Source of the DNA: an uncultured Heliobacteriaceae bacterium
Lineage (GTDB): Bacteria > Acidobacteriota > Blastocatellia > RBC074
NCBI GenBank assembly: GCA_964563495.1
Contig: CAZLYK010000014.1
Coordinates: 58 to 64,057 of the forward strand
DNA: 64,000 nucleotides
Direction of reading: 5' to 3'
Shown here piece after piece: positions 28,726-36,893 of this stretch (the first letter of the stretch is position 1; the number at the start of each line of letters is the position of its first letter). Made by a program: the position numbers and the translations under genes. The notes under the pieces were generated by a model, which saw nothing but the letters and a program-made list of their open reading frames with translations, was not told the DNA's origin and did not search any database.

Positions 28726-29346
28726 TCAGAAATCTATCTTGCCGAAATATCGTCCCAGTTTATTTCGCAAATCGCCTTTCGCCTTGTGCAGGTGCGCTTT
28801 AACCGTGTTGAGCGAAATGCCCAGCAAATCAGCGATCTCATGATATTTCAGTTCACTGTTGACGTAGAGCAATGTGCAGCGGCGACACTGTTCGGGCAAT
28901 TCGAGCAGCGCGTCACGGAGCAGTGCCAGCTTCTCCTTCTCCAGGACCACCTCCTGCGGATCGGGGCCTTGCGCCGCAAGGCCGGTAATGCTCCCGCTCT
29001 CTACCGGTTCACTTCCCGCTCTTTCCCCGACGATGTCGAGATGCAGCCCTTTGCGTTTCCCGGCATTGGCGTGTTCCCTGTCCCGGCGCCAGACGTTGAG
29101 GGCAATCTTGAAGAGCCATCCCTCAAACTTCGACCCGTCGTGCAGGTCCTCGATAGAAGTAAAGACAGAAAAAAACGTGTTCTGGGTTAGGTCGCGCGCA
29201 TCTTCGGGCTTCATCCCTTTGTAAAGAAAGAAGCGGTGGATCGAGGAATAGTAGCGGGAATGAACCTCCCCATAGTTCGCTTCGACCTCCTCTCCGCGCC
29301 GGATTGCGCTGATGATCTCTTCGGTTGTCCGGTGAGAGGTGTTCAC
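28726..29346 (-). CDS. ECF-type RNA polymerase sigma factor, module 2
   Basis: 206 aa, GTG start. Region 2 (YYSSIHRFFLYKGMKPEDARDLTQNTFFSVF..WLFKIALNVWRR) and region 4 (LPEQCRRCTLLYVNSELKYHEIADLLGISLNTVKAHLHKAKGDLR). Confidence 0.85.
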   Translation of the reverse strand: MNTSHRTTEEIISAIRRGEEVEANYGEVHSRYYSSIHRFFLYKGMKPEDARDLTQNTFFSVFTSIEDLHDGSKFEGWLFKIALNVWRRDREHANAGKRKGLHLDIVGERAGSEPVESGSITGLAAQGPDPQEVVLEKEKLALLRDALLELPEQCRRCTLLYVNSELKYHEIADLLGISLNTVKAHLHKAKGDLRNKLGRYFGKIDF

Positions 29347-29504
29347 GGCGCGCGATTATCGTTAGCCTTCGGATTTTTCAGAAGCCAGGTAAACCATTTC
29401 CTCGACAACCTTCCATGCTTCCTGAATGGACGATTTGCTCCGGCCGATCCGGATCGCGGCAGTCGTGGAAGCCAAAGTGCATTCAGCCGAAATGGAGGAA
29501 AAGT

Positions 29505-29987
29505 ATGGGAACGATATTGACGTCATCCTTGCTGGCGTTCATCGCCGTCCAGACGGCGGGGATTTCATCCTGTCATGCGGTTGGCAACACCGGATGTTTG
29601 GGTGCAGATCTGAGGGCCGACCGCATTGAATTTACCGTCGTCTCCACGGAAGCGGGACGCTCGGTAGTGCGGATTTCGGGCGTAGTCAGAAACGACGGCC
29701 CCTCGGACTTCGAATCGAAGCCCGGAAAGCAGAGCATCGCGTTGTTCGAAGGGCGGCGGTTTCTGGCTGACCGGAGCTTCCAAACGCTCAAAGCCGGGCA
29801 GGAAGCGCGAGTGGACTTCGCCTTGGAATTCGATCCGAATCAACTCGATCCGCCGGCCATCTACGAACTGGCCATCATCTACGACCCGGGCATTTTCCAG
29901 GACGGCAATCCCGCCAACGACGATTGCGACCACAACAACAACCGGATCCGGCGGAGCGGAAGCCGGATCGTCGAGTTGTTACGATGA
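29505..29987 (+). CDS. Small secreted hypothetical protein (possible CARDB-like beta-sandwich)
   Basis: ATG at 29505 after GGAGGA. Signal peptide MGTILTSSLLAFIAVQTAGISSCHA. The pattern ADLRADRIEF..ISGVVRNDGPSDF..AGQEARVDF is reminiscent of CARDB. Divergent from the ECF sigma gene. Confidence 0.45.
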   Translation: MGTILTSSLLAFIAVQTAGISSCHAVGNTGCLGADLRADRIEFTVVSTEAGRSVVRISGVVRNDGPSDFESKPGKQSIALFEGRRFLADRSFQTLKAGQEARVDFALEFDPNQLDPPAIYELAIIYDPGIFQDGNPANDDCDHNNNRIRRSGSRIVELLR

Positions 29988-30011
29988 CCGACGAAGTGCG
30001 TCATCGGCCTT

Positions 30012-30971
30012 TTATCTCTTCAGATTTTGACCGCTCGGCTGCTCTTCCCCGGTCTCGAATCGCAATGCCGAACTCACGTGGCGCGAAATTCGATCCTGTA
30101 GCGTGAAGCCATCTTCGGTCCTCTTGTCGAACACCTGCGACCAGACCTGCGAACCGTCATTGGCTCGAATGATTTGAACGTTGACCCGCGCCCGGTTCTC
30201 GGAATACTGCACGCTTCCGTCCACGAGCAAGTCCACTTGCAAGTCGCGGCCAATGGCGATGGGGTCGCGAGAGGAAGAATCATTAGCCAGTCCATTGGGT
30301 GCGGGTCGCACGGTCAGGCCCTTGATGCCGTTCAATTGCACGATCAACGTTTCGGTCAGGCCCGAAACCGCGTGCTCGTCTTGTGAGGGCGCGTTGAGTT
30401 GTCGGAACGGCAGCACCGCAATGCTCATCGGACGGCTCTTGATTGAATCGCCTTGAATCGGTTTCAGATAGAATTGGAGGGCCAGGATAGTAATGACAAC
30501 CAGCGCTGATACATAGACAGCTTGTTTGATTCGGCCGGGGCGCAGTACGGCGATCTGTGATTGCGGCGCGGTCTCGCGCTCGGAGGTTACGATCGCGGGT
30601 TGGACGGAAAGTGCAATCGCAACGGTTTCCGGGACTGGCTCGTTAACCTCGCGAACCTCGGCCGCGAACCGGTAGCCGCGTTTCGGAATCGTCTGGATAA
30701 ACTCGGTTGACGGCTCGGTCTCAGCCAGCAGTTTTCTAAGGGTCGAAATGTTCTTGGCCAGATTGACATCTTCGACAAAGGCGTCGGGCCAGACGAGCCG
30801 CATCAAATCTTCCTTTTCGACAATGTGTCCATGGCGTTCAACCAGCGCCAGCAGCGTATCGAAAGTCTTGGGTTGAAGCGGGATATGTTTCCCGTCGCGC
30901 AGCAGGATGCGTTCCGTCAAGTCCAAACGGTACTGGCCAAAGTCATAAAAGTGCTTTATTTGCTTGAGCAT
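30012..30971 (-). CDS. CadC/OmpR-type winged-helix transcriptional regulator with TM segment and periplasmic C-terminal domain
   Basis: ATG at 30971. Trans_reg_C motifs (YDFGQYRLDLTERILLRDGKHIPLQPKTFDTLLALVERHGHIVEKEDLMRLVWPD..NLAKNISTLRKLL, IQTIPKRGYRF). TM helix VYVSALVVITILALQFYL. Confidence 0.7.
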   Translation of the reverse strand: MLKQIKHFYDFGQYRLDLTERILLRDGKHIPLQPKTFDTLLALVERHGHIVEKEDLMRLVWPDAFVEDVNLAKNISTLRKLLAETEPSTEFIQTIPKRGYRFAAEVREVNEPVPETVAIALSVQPAIVTSERETAPQSQIAVLRPGRIKQAVYVSALVVITILALQFYLKPIQGDSIKSRPMSIAVLPFRQLNAPSQDEHAVSGLTETLIVQLNGIKGLTVRPAPNGLANDSSSRDPIAIGRDLQVDLLVDGSVQYSENRARVNVQIIRANDGSQVWSQVFDKRTEDGFTLQDRISRHVSSALRFETGEEQPSGQNLKR

Positions 30972-31277
30972 GGCTGAGTAAACTTTTCCCCAAAACTTTC
31001 CCAAGACTTCTACAGGACTTTATTCGAACATTATCATAAGTTCGACTTCCGCTCCGGGGATCGAAAGTCTTCTGCTTTCGGAAAGGTATCATATTATTAA
31101 TAATGATGCCGAGATAACCCGGTGTTATTATAGCCCTTCCCGGGAATCTGAAAACAGAAAAATCCGCTTTCCGGTCCTGGGCCGGTTCTTCACTGGGACT
31201 AAGGAGAAACCTGTTGGAGCGGATCAAGGCGATGTCTCAATAACCATCAGACAGCAATTCAATGAAAGGAACAGATT

Positions 31278-31451
31278 ATGAAAACGTTACGATGCCGCGA
31301 CGCCGGTTTTGATTGCGAAGGCGTAATTCAAGCCGCCAGCGAAGAAGAGGTCCTCAGCCAGGCCGCCGAACACGCGCAGGCTGCCCACAATATCCAGGTG
31401 ACACCCGAAATGGCCGAGCAGTTAAAGACGCTGATCGAAGACGAAGAATAA
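31278..31451 (+). CDS. DUF1059 family small protein
   Basis: 57-aa ORF below the track cut-off: MKTLRCRDAGFDCEGVIQAASEEEVLSQAAEHAQAAHNIQVTPEMAEQLKTLIEDEE. The C-x-D-x-G-x-x-C ... H pattern is typical of DUF1059. Confidence 0.7.
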   Translation: MKTLRCRDAGFDCEGVIQAASEEEVLSQAAEHAQAAHNIQVTPEMAEQLKTLIEDEE

Positions 31452-31515
31452 TCAAAACTGCACCTAACCGACGGCTCGCCACCCGTTTTGATTATTCATC
31501 TCGGAGGATCAAGTA

Positions 31516-31902
31516 ATGTCAAAAATCAGTGACGCAATTCAATCGGGCAACAGCAACTTCATGGCGGCCTTCAAGCGCGGCGACGCTGCGGGCGTGGCCG
31601 CTTGTTACACCGCCGACGCCCGGCTGCTGCCTCCGGGCGGAGCACCAATGGCCGGGATCCCGGACATCACCGCTTTCTGGCAGGGTGCCATGAACATGGG
31701 CATCAAGGACGCCAGGCTCGAGACCAAACACATTGAGGAGCGCGGCGATCTGGCCGTCGAAGTCGGCCAGTACACACTCAAGATTCAGCCCGAAGGCGGC
31801 GCAACCGTGACCGATGTCGGTAAATACGTCGTGGTCTGGAAAGACGACGGCGGCGTGTGGAAGCTGCACATTGATATCTGGAACTCGAACGGCGCGGCTT
31901 AA
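31516..31902 (+). CDS. NTF2-like / DUF4440 (SnoaL_3, YybH-like) protein
   Basis: GGAGGA RBS. 128 aa with DAAGVAACYTADARLLPPG..ITAFWQ..VGKYVVVWKDDGGVWKLHIDIWNSN, typical of DUF4440. Confidence 0.75.
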   Translation: MSKISDAIQSGNSNFMAAFKRGDAAGVAACYTADARLLPPGGAPMAGIPDITAFWQGAMNMGIKDARLETKHIEERGDLAVEVGQYTLKIQPEGGATVTDVGKYVVVWKDDGGVWKLHIDIWNSNGAA

Positions 31903-32092
31903 CCAACAGCGCAAGGAGTCAACCGATGAAAGAAGAAATCGTCGCCGGGCGATCTGATGAGCACTGCCCCCACCGGCAAATACGAGAGCCGACCGATCGT
32001 CCGATGCTTCAGCGTATCAGCCGCGCGAACATATAGCCGAAATGCTCCGAATCGACAACCTACCGCGGTTTTCACTCGAATAAACAGATCAA

Positions 32093-32212
32093 GAGAAGAA
32101 AATAGACAGGATTAACAGGATTTCAACCGGATTAAACAGGACCAAAGACAAGGCAGAAAAAGATCCTGTTTAATCCGGTTGAAATCCTGTTAATCCTGTC
32201 TATTTTCTTCTC
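32093..32212. repeat. Perfect 49-bp-arm inverted repeat (120-bp palindromic, MITE/REP-like element; copy E2)
   Basis: Arm 32093..32141 (gagaagaaaatagacaggattaacaggatttcaaccggattaaacagga) is the exact reverse complement of 32164..32212. The 22-nt spacer is ccaaagacaaggcagaaaaaga. Intergenic. Confidence 0.95.
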
Positions 32213-32361
32213 ACTCAAATGAACATGGCTGTAATCAACGACGCGAAGTACTAGAGTCTGTTATTAGCCATTGACTTTCGAAATGTTTAAGTTTAAATGG
32301 GTCTTATATTCACCAACCCTCCTCATTTTGATTAGTCAGGTGGCTGTTCCTTTAAAAGGAG

Positions 32362-33768
32362 ATGCTCGTGCAAAACTTGATCCAGCCTCTACCAAAACTA
32401 CTTCTAATTTCACTAATGCTATCTCTAGTGGCCAGTCATGGTATGGCGCAGACCTGTGTCCCGCCTCCTGCCGGGGTTATCGCCTGGTGGCCTCTGGATG
32501 AGACCAGCGGGACAATTGCAATGGATGTAGTGGGGAGCAAACCAGGGGTGCATTTCGATGGGCCAACACACGTAGCCGGAAAGGTACGAGGCGTTCTGCA
32601 GTTTGATGGTGTAGACGATTTTGTAGGTGTGGGGGACAGCGATCTCTGGGCTTTTGGAAATCGCGACTTCACTGTCGAGCTATGGGCATACTTCAATTCG
32701 CCAGGTGGAGGCACCACTGCTCATCCCAGCCATATTTTTATCGGTAATGACGAAGGACCATTTATCGTAAATAAATGGTTTTTTGCCTTGGGTGGCGGGG
32801 TTCTTGAATTTGTTTTCAGCAGTCCTTCGATAGGAGATCACTTTCTGATCTTTGGTCCTTTTTCGCCAAGCTTGAATCAATGGTATCACTTGGCTGTTGT
32901 TAGGAATGGCAATACCTTTACGGCTTTTGCCAATGGAACTCCGGTCGGTTCAGTAGCAGATACAGCAGCTATTCCCAATCCTAATGCATCACTTACGATT
33001 GGGCAGGCTGAGAGCTTAGGGTTCGTGAATGGTCGACTCGATGAAGTGACTATTTATAACCGCGCCCTGACCCAGGTGGAGCTTCAAAGTATCGTAGATG
33101 CCGGCACAGTGGGTAAATGCAAGCCCCTTCCAGCCGTCACAGAGTTCGTCTCACCCTCAAGGGGTGGGGACACAGGCACTGTAACGGTAAGGATCACTGG
33201 CAATGGGTTTACGGAAGGCGCATCGGCGAAACTGAGGCGAGCCGGAAATCCCGAAATCATGGGCAACCCTGTAGCGTTGAGTGAAGACGGTGCGACACTG
33301 ATCGCAAGTTTTAATCTGGCGGGCAAGGCCCGTGGGCTTTGGGATGTGATGGTGACGAACCCCGACGGAACCACAATTACTCTACCCGGCACCTTCACCA
33401 TCGAAGAGGGTCGGGCGGCCCAAGTGTGGGTGGACGTTGTCGGGAGAGGGGCAATCCGCTCCAACTCCCCCCAGCGGTTCAATCTGCTATACGGCAATAG
33501 TGGGAATGTCGATGTTTCGCACGCGACAGTGTGGGTTGACGTGCTCGCAGCAAATGCAATTTTGACTTCGCACTTTCCTGCCTTTATCGACTCTACGTCC
33601 ACGGCTTCGACTGTCCGGCTGGCCCCAGTGTTTACTGGCCCAGGAGTTTCCAGCGTTCCGGTGACACTGATGAACATTGCCCCCGGTTTCGTCGGCTCCT
33701 TGGGCTTCGACATTACGCTCCAGACTACGGGTGAATTCCAAATCGCTCTACAGGTATTTGCGCCATGA
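32362..33768 (+). CDS. Secreted LamG (Laminin_G_3 / concanavalin A-like lectin) domain protein with IPT/TIG-like Ig domain
   Basis: AAAGGAG RBS and a signal peptide. LamG-type segment ending GRLDEVTIYNRALTQVELQ, followed by a TIG-like segment (PSRGGDTGTVTVRITGNGF..). Confidence 0.7.
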   Translation: MLVQNLIQPLPKLLLISLMLSLVASHGMAQTCVPPPAGVIAWWPLDETSGTIAMDVVGSKPGVHFDGPTHVAGKVRGVLQFDGVDDFVGVGDSDLWAFGNRDFTVELWAYFNSPGGGTTAHPSHIFIGNDEGPFIVNKWFFALGGGVLEFVFSSPSIGDHFLIFGPFSPSLNQWYHLAVVRNGNTFTAFANGTPVGSVADTAAIPNPNASLTIGQAESLGFVNGRLDEVTIYNRALTQVELQSIVDAGTVGKCKPLPAVTEFVSPSRGGDTGTVTVRITGNGFTEGASAKLRRAGNPEIMGNPVALSEDGATLIASFNLAGKARGLWDVMVTNPDGTTITLPGTFTIEEGRAAQVWVDVVGRGAIRSNSPQRFNLLYGNSGNVDVSHATVWVDVLAANAILTSHFPAFIDSTSTASTVRLAPVFTGPGVSSVPVTLMNIAPGFVGSLGFDITLQTTGEFQIALQVFAP

Positions 33769-36272
33769 GACACATACTAAGCTCTTCTATCCCAATCGCG
33801 ATTTCCGGTTTGCTTGGAACCGTCATCCTGATGCAATCGCCAGCGAGTGGTCAACCGCCACAAACCATCGAAGAGGTAGATTGCGGCAGGTTCGTGTGCC
33901 GAAATGTCGATAGAACAGATGTAAGCGCCTTACAAGCGGCCACGAAGATATTGACGGAGAAGATGGAACAGCAAATCCTCCGCTATCGCCTCCGACCCTT
34001 GGTCACGAGGCCAAGCAATTGCGCAGACTCTTCCGCTGAAGTTGCAGCGGACCTGCTGAGCGAAGCTTGTAAGGATCCAGACCAGAGCCTCAACGACTGG
34101 AGCGTCGACAACATTGTCAGCGACCTGGAGATCACTGGTGCTCCGTCGGGGAAGACCTATCATCTCTATTGTGAGAACGCGACTATGTTGACCTCTCCGG
34201 ATGGAGCACGATCGTATGGAATCGATATATGGGGAGCTCGGGAGCAAGGAGTTTTCCGGTTGAACAAGGTTGGAGACGGACAATATACTGCGACAGTACC
34301 AATCACCGTCAAATGCAGTAGAGAAATGGATGCGGCTTTGAACGACCCGAGGATTTCGTCGGCGGACAAGTCTTTTCTTCGTCAAGATCGATTCAGAGTA
34401 TACTCGGATCCGACATTCAGAAAAGTCAACACCGAGGACAAGCTAATCCCTGAAGGGCTTCCGCCTCGCGTTCATGGGCGCATCAACTGCGGCAGCGGAA
34501 CATTGCACCAGGTTGGCACAATGAGTCTCGCACCTGCAGTAAGTACCGCGAACGCTAGCTCTGATTCCATCCCTATACCAGGAATCTGCGCTACTGGAGA
34601 AAGCTCGCTGCCGGTTCGCGGAACATCCGTATCCTCTTTTGATCCCAACGACAAAGTTGGATCGCAAGGAAGTGGAAACGGCCAATATCTCGCCAGCGAC
34701 AATCCACTGCGGTACAGCATATTTTTTGAGAATGTCGAGACCGCTACAGCTCCCGCGCAAGAAGTCGTCATCACCGATCAGCTTGACACGTCCAAGATAG
34801 ATCTCAATACCCTCAGTCTCGGACCAGTTAGCTTTGGAAACAAACAAATCGTCCCGCCTCCGAGCCTCACCGAATACACAACCATCGTTGATCTTCGTCC
34901 TGCAAAGCAGTTACTTGTAATTGTAGGGGGTCGCCTCAACAAAACCACTGGCCTGCTTACTTGGCGCTTTACATCAGTTGATCCAGTGACAGGTCAATTC
35001 CCTGATGATCCTCTTGCTGGATTCCTGCCCCCAAACAAAGTCCCACCAGAAGGGGACGGGAGTGTCCTGTTCACCGTGATGCCGCAAAAAGGGCTGTCGA
35101 CAGGGACTGAGATCCGAAATCGGGCGCAGATCATTTTTGATACGAATGCACCGATCGACACACCGGAGTGGCTCAACACACTCGATAATACAAAGCCGGC
35201 GAGTAATATCCTCTCACTTCCTGCTGTGCAGAACACCGCCAGTTTCCAGGTTCAGTGGCAGGGAACAGATGTCGGCTCAGGCGTGCTTGATTACACCATC
35301 TATGTTTCAGAGAATGGCGGCCCCTTTACACCATGGTTGCTCAACAGTGCCGCCACATCTGGAACATTTACCGGGCAACCGGGAATAACCTATGGGTTCT
35401 ACAGCCTCGCCCGAGATCGGACAGGTAACCTCGAAGACGCTCCCGCTCTTGCCGATGTCGCTACTCAAATAGCCGTAGGCTACGAGGGGGATGTGGCTCC
35501 ACGCCCGAATGGCAGCGGAACATTAGTTGTCTCCGACTGGGTGCAGGTCGGGCGCTTCTCGGTCGGGCTGGATACGCCTGCTTCCGGAAGCGAGTTCCAA
35601 CGCGCCGATTGTGCGCCGCGGGCGGCTCTGGGTGACGGACAGATCACAATCGCCGATTGGGTACAGGCGGGACGGTATTCCGTTGGACTTGATCCTCTCA
35701 CCGATGCCGGCGGTCCGGTGCTGTCCGCCAACTCGCCCTTATTGCTCAGCCAACGTCAGAACGCGCCATCCGGGAAAGGGACTCGATGGCTACGCGTAAA
35801 CAACCAAAGACTTGCCCCAGAGCAGGAATGGGTGAGCGTGCCGGTTGAATTGGTTGCGCTGGGCGGAGAGAACGGGGCCAGTTTCACCATCGAGTACGAT
35901 CCGATGGTCTTGCGCTACGACGGTCATGAGTTGGGTCATGATTCCCGTGGTCGGGCGCAGGTACTGGTCCAAACGAAGCAGGTCGGCCAGGGGCGTCTGG
36001 GTCTCGGCATAGTCTTGCAGCCGGGCGGGCAGTATGCGGCCGGCGTGAGAGAATTGATACGGCTTCGATTCAAGGTCGTCGAACCTGCTGCGTGGTTTGC
36101 GAAAGTGAAGATTGGCGAAGGGCTAACCCCTCTGAGCCTGGTCAACGATCGCGCGCAGAATCTGCCGGTCAAGGCAATTCGAAATACGTTACAAGGTGGA
36201 GAGTTAACCCCTTCCCTCAGGCTCAAAGATCGTCCGGACGCGAGTGACCGGGATAAACGTCTATTGAAGTAG
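33765..36272 (+). CDS. Large secreted surface protein with two dockerin-like repeats and a C-terminal cohesin-like module
   Basis: Start overlaps the previous stop (ATGA). Central conserved-repeat region (NPLRYSIFFENVETATAPAQEVVITDQLD). Paired repeats LVVSDWVQVGRFSVGLD / ITIADWVQAGRYSVGLD. Cohesin-like VSVPVELVALGGENGASFTIEYDPMVLRY. Confidence 0.6.
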   Translation: MRHILSSSIPIAISGLLGTVILMQSPASGQPPQTIEEVDCGRFVCRNVDRTDVSALQAATKILTEKMEQQILRYRLRPLVTRPSNCADSSAEVAADLLSEACKDPDQSLNDWSVDNIVSDLEITGAPSGKTYHLYCENATMLTSPDGARSYGIDIWGAREQGVFRLNKVGDGQYTATVPITVKCSREMDAALNDPRISSADKSFLRQDRFRVYSDPTFRKVNTEDKLIPEGLPPRVHGRINCGSGTLHQVGTMSLAPAVSTANASSDSIPIPGICATGESSLPVRGTSVSSFDPNDKVGSQGSGNGQYLASDNPLRYSIFFENVETATAPAQEVVITDQLDTSKIDLNTLSLGPVSFGNKQIVPPPSLTEYTTIVDLRPAKQLLVIVGGRLNKTTGLLTWRFTSVDPVTGQFPDDPLAGFLPPNKVPPEGDGSVLFTVMPQKGLSTGTEIRNRAQIIFDTNAPIDTPEWLNTLDNTKPASNILSLPAVQNTASFQVQWQGTDVGSGVLDYTIYVSENGGPFTPWLLNSAATSGTFTGQPGITYGFYSLARDRTGNLEDAPALADVATQIAVGYEGDVAPRPNGSGTLVVSDWVQVGRFSVGLDTPASGSEFQRADCAPRAALGDGQITIADWVQAGRYSVGLDPLTDAGGPVLSANSPLLLSQRQNAPSGKGTRWLRVNNQRLAPEQEWVSVPVELVALGGENGASFTIEYDPMVLRYDGHELGHDSRGRAQVLVQTKQVGQGRLGLGIVLQPGGQYAAGVRELIRLRFKVVEPAAWFAKVKIGEGLTPLSLVNDRAQNLPVKAIRNTLQGGELTPSLRLKDRPDASDRDKRLLK

Positions 36273-36330
36273 GGAGGCATAGAATGCGACGGCCTGTCCT
36301 GTCACGTTTGTTCCTGACCTGGTGGAGAAT

Positions 36331-36720
36331 CTATCCTTCTAGTGCTCGGTGAACGAGCAGCGTATCCGCATACTGGACAAACCGGATGGCTTTTCCATCT
36401 CGAATCTTCCAGACATGGGCAAAGTCGGCCTGAAAACTTTTGCCCGTGGCTTTGTATCTGCCGCTGTATCGGCCCAGCACGACGATGGTATCTCCGCCAT
36501 CGATGAATTCAGCGGGTATGGCGGCAAACCCGTCCCACTCCGTGCCGAGCCGCATGAAAACGCCTTCCAGCACGGCGTTGGGGCCGTTATAGGTTCCGCC
36601 GTAGGGAAATCCTTCGGCTTCCGTCCAGGCAATGTTGGCGTCTAAAAACCCGATGACCGTCGGAACGTCCCCTCTGGCAAAGGCTTGATACAGACCCTGT
36701 ACTGCATTGAGGTTGCCCAT
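36331..36720 (-). CDS. SnoaL-like / NTF2 family protein
   Basis: 129 aa: VQGLYQAFARGDVPTVIGFLDANIAWTEAEGFPYGGTY..FAHVWKIRDGKAIRFVQYADT, a typical SnoaL_2 pattern. Confidence 0.8.
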   Translation of the reverse strand: MGNLNAVQGLYQAFARGDVPTVIGFLDANIAWTEAEGFPYGGTYNGPNAVLEGVFMRLGTEWDGFAAIPAEFIDGGDTIVVLGRYSGRYKATGKSFQADFAHVWKIRDGKAIRFVQYADTLLVHRALEG

Positions 36721-36757
36721 CTGTCTTTCCTTTCGTCGTTGGTGGTTTCAATTAATC

Positions 36758-36808
36758 GGAAGAAAATAGCTAGGAATAACAGGATTTTGTTCTGCCTTGT
36801 CTTTGATC
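36758..36808. repeat. Degenerate copy (E3) of the AATCCTGT-type repeat: arm plus spacer
   Basis: ggaagaaaatagctaggaataacaggattttgttctgccttgtctttgatc matches the arm start gaagaaaatagacagg plus the inverted spacer gttctgccttgtctttgatc (compare 42204..42219). It directly abuts hairpin D1. Confidence 0.6.
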
Positions 36809-36813
36809 CCGTT

Positions 36814-36877
36814 TATAGCAAGTTTCACGTTTGTGCGACCGCGAGGACGCGGTCGCACAAACGTGAAACTTGCTATA
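36814..36877. repeat. Perfect 30-bp-arm palindromic hairpin element (copy D1)
   Basis: tatagcaagtttcacgtttgtgcgaccgcg-agga-cgcggtcgcacaaacgtgaaacttgctata. Lies between the radical SAM stop (36894) and the SnoaL start (36720). Confidence 0.95.
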
Positions 36878-36893
36878 TTCGAGATTGAACACC

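Noticed and set aside
31088-31107. AT-rich inverted repeat ATCAT-N10-ATGAT, containing ATAATGAT and so Fur-box-like, upstream of the CadC-like regulator / DUF1059 genes.
   Set aside because: Only 5-bp arms and a partial 8-nt match to the Fur consensus, which is easily produced by chance in an AT-rich promoter region.
32093-32212. Possible CRISPR repeat or other array at the 120-bp repeat.
   Set aside because: It is one inverted repeat (a palindrome), not a set of direct repeats with unique spacers. No cas genes are in the window, and related copies are dispersed singly.
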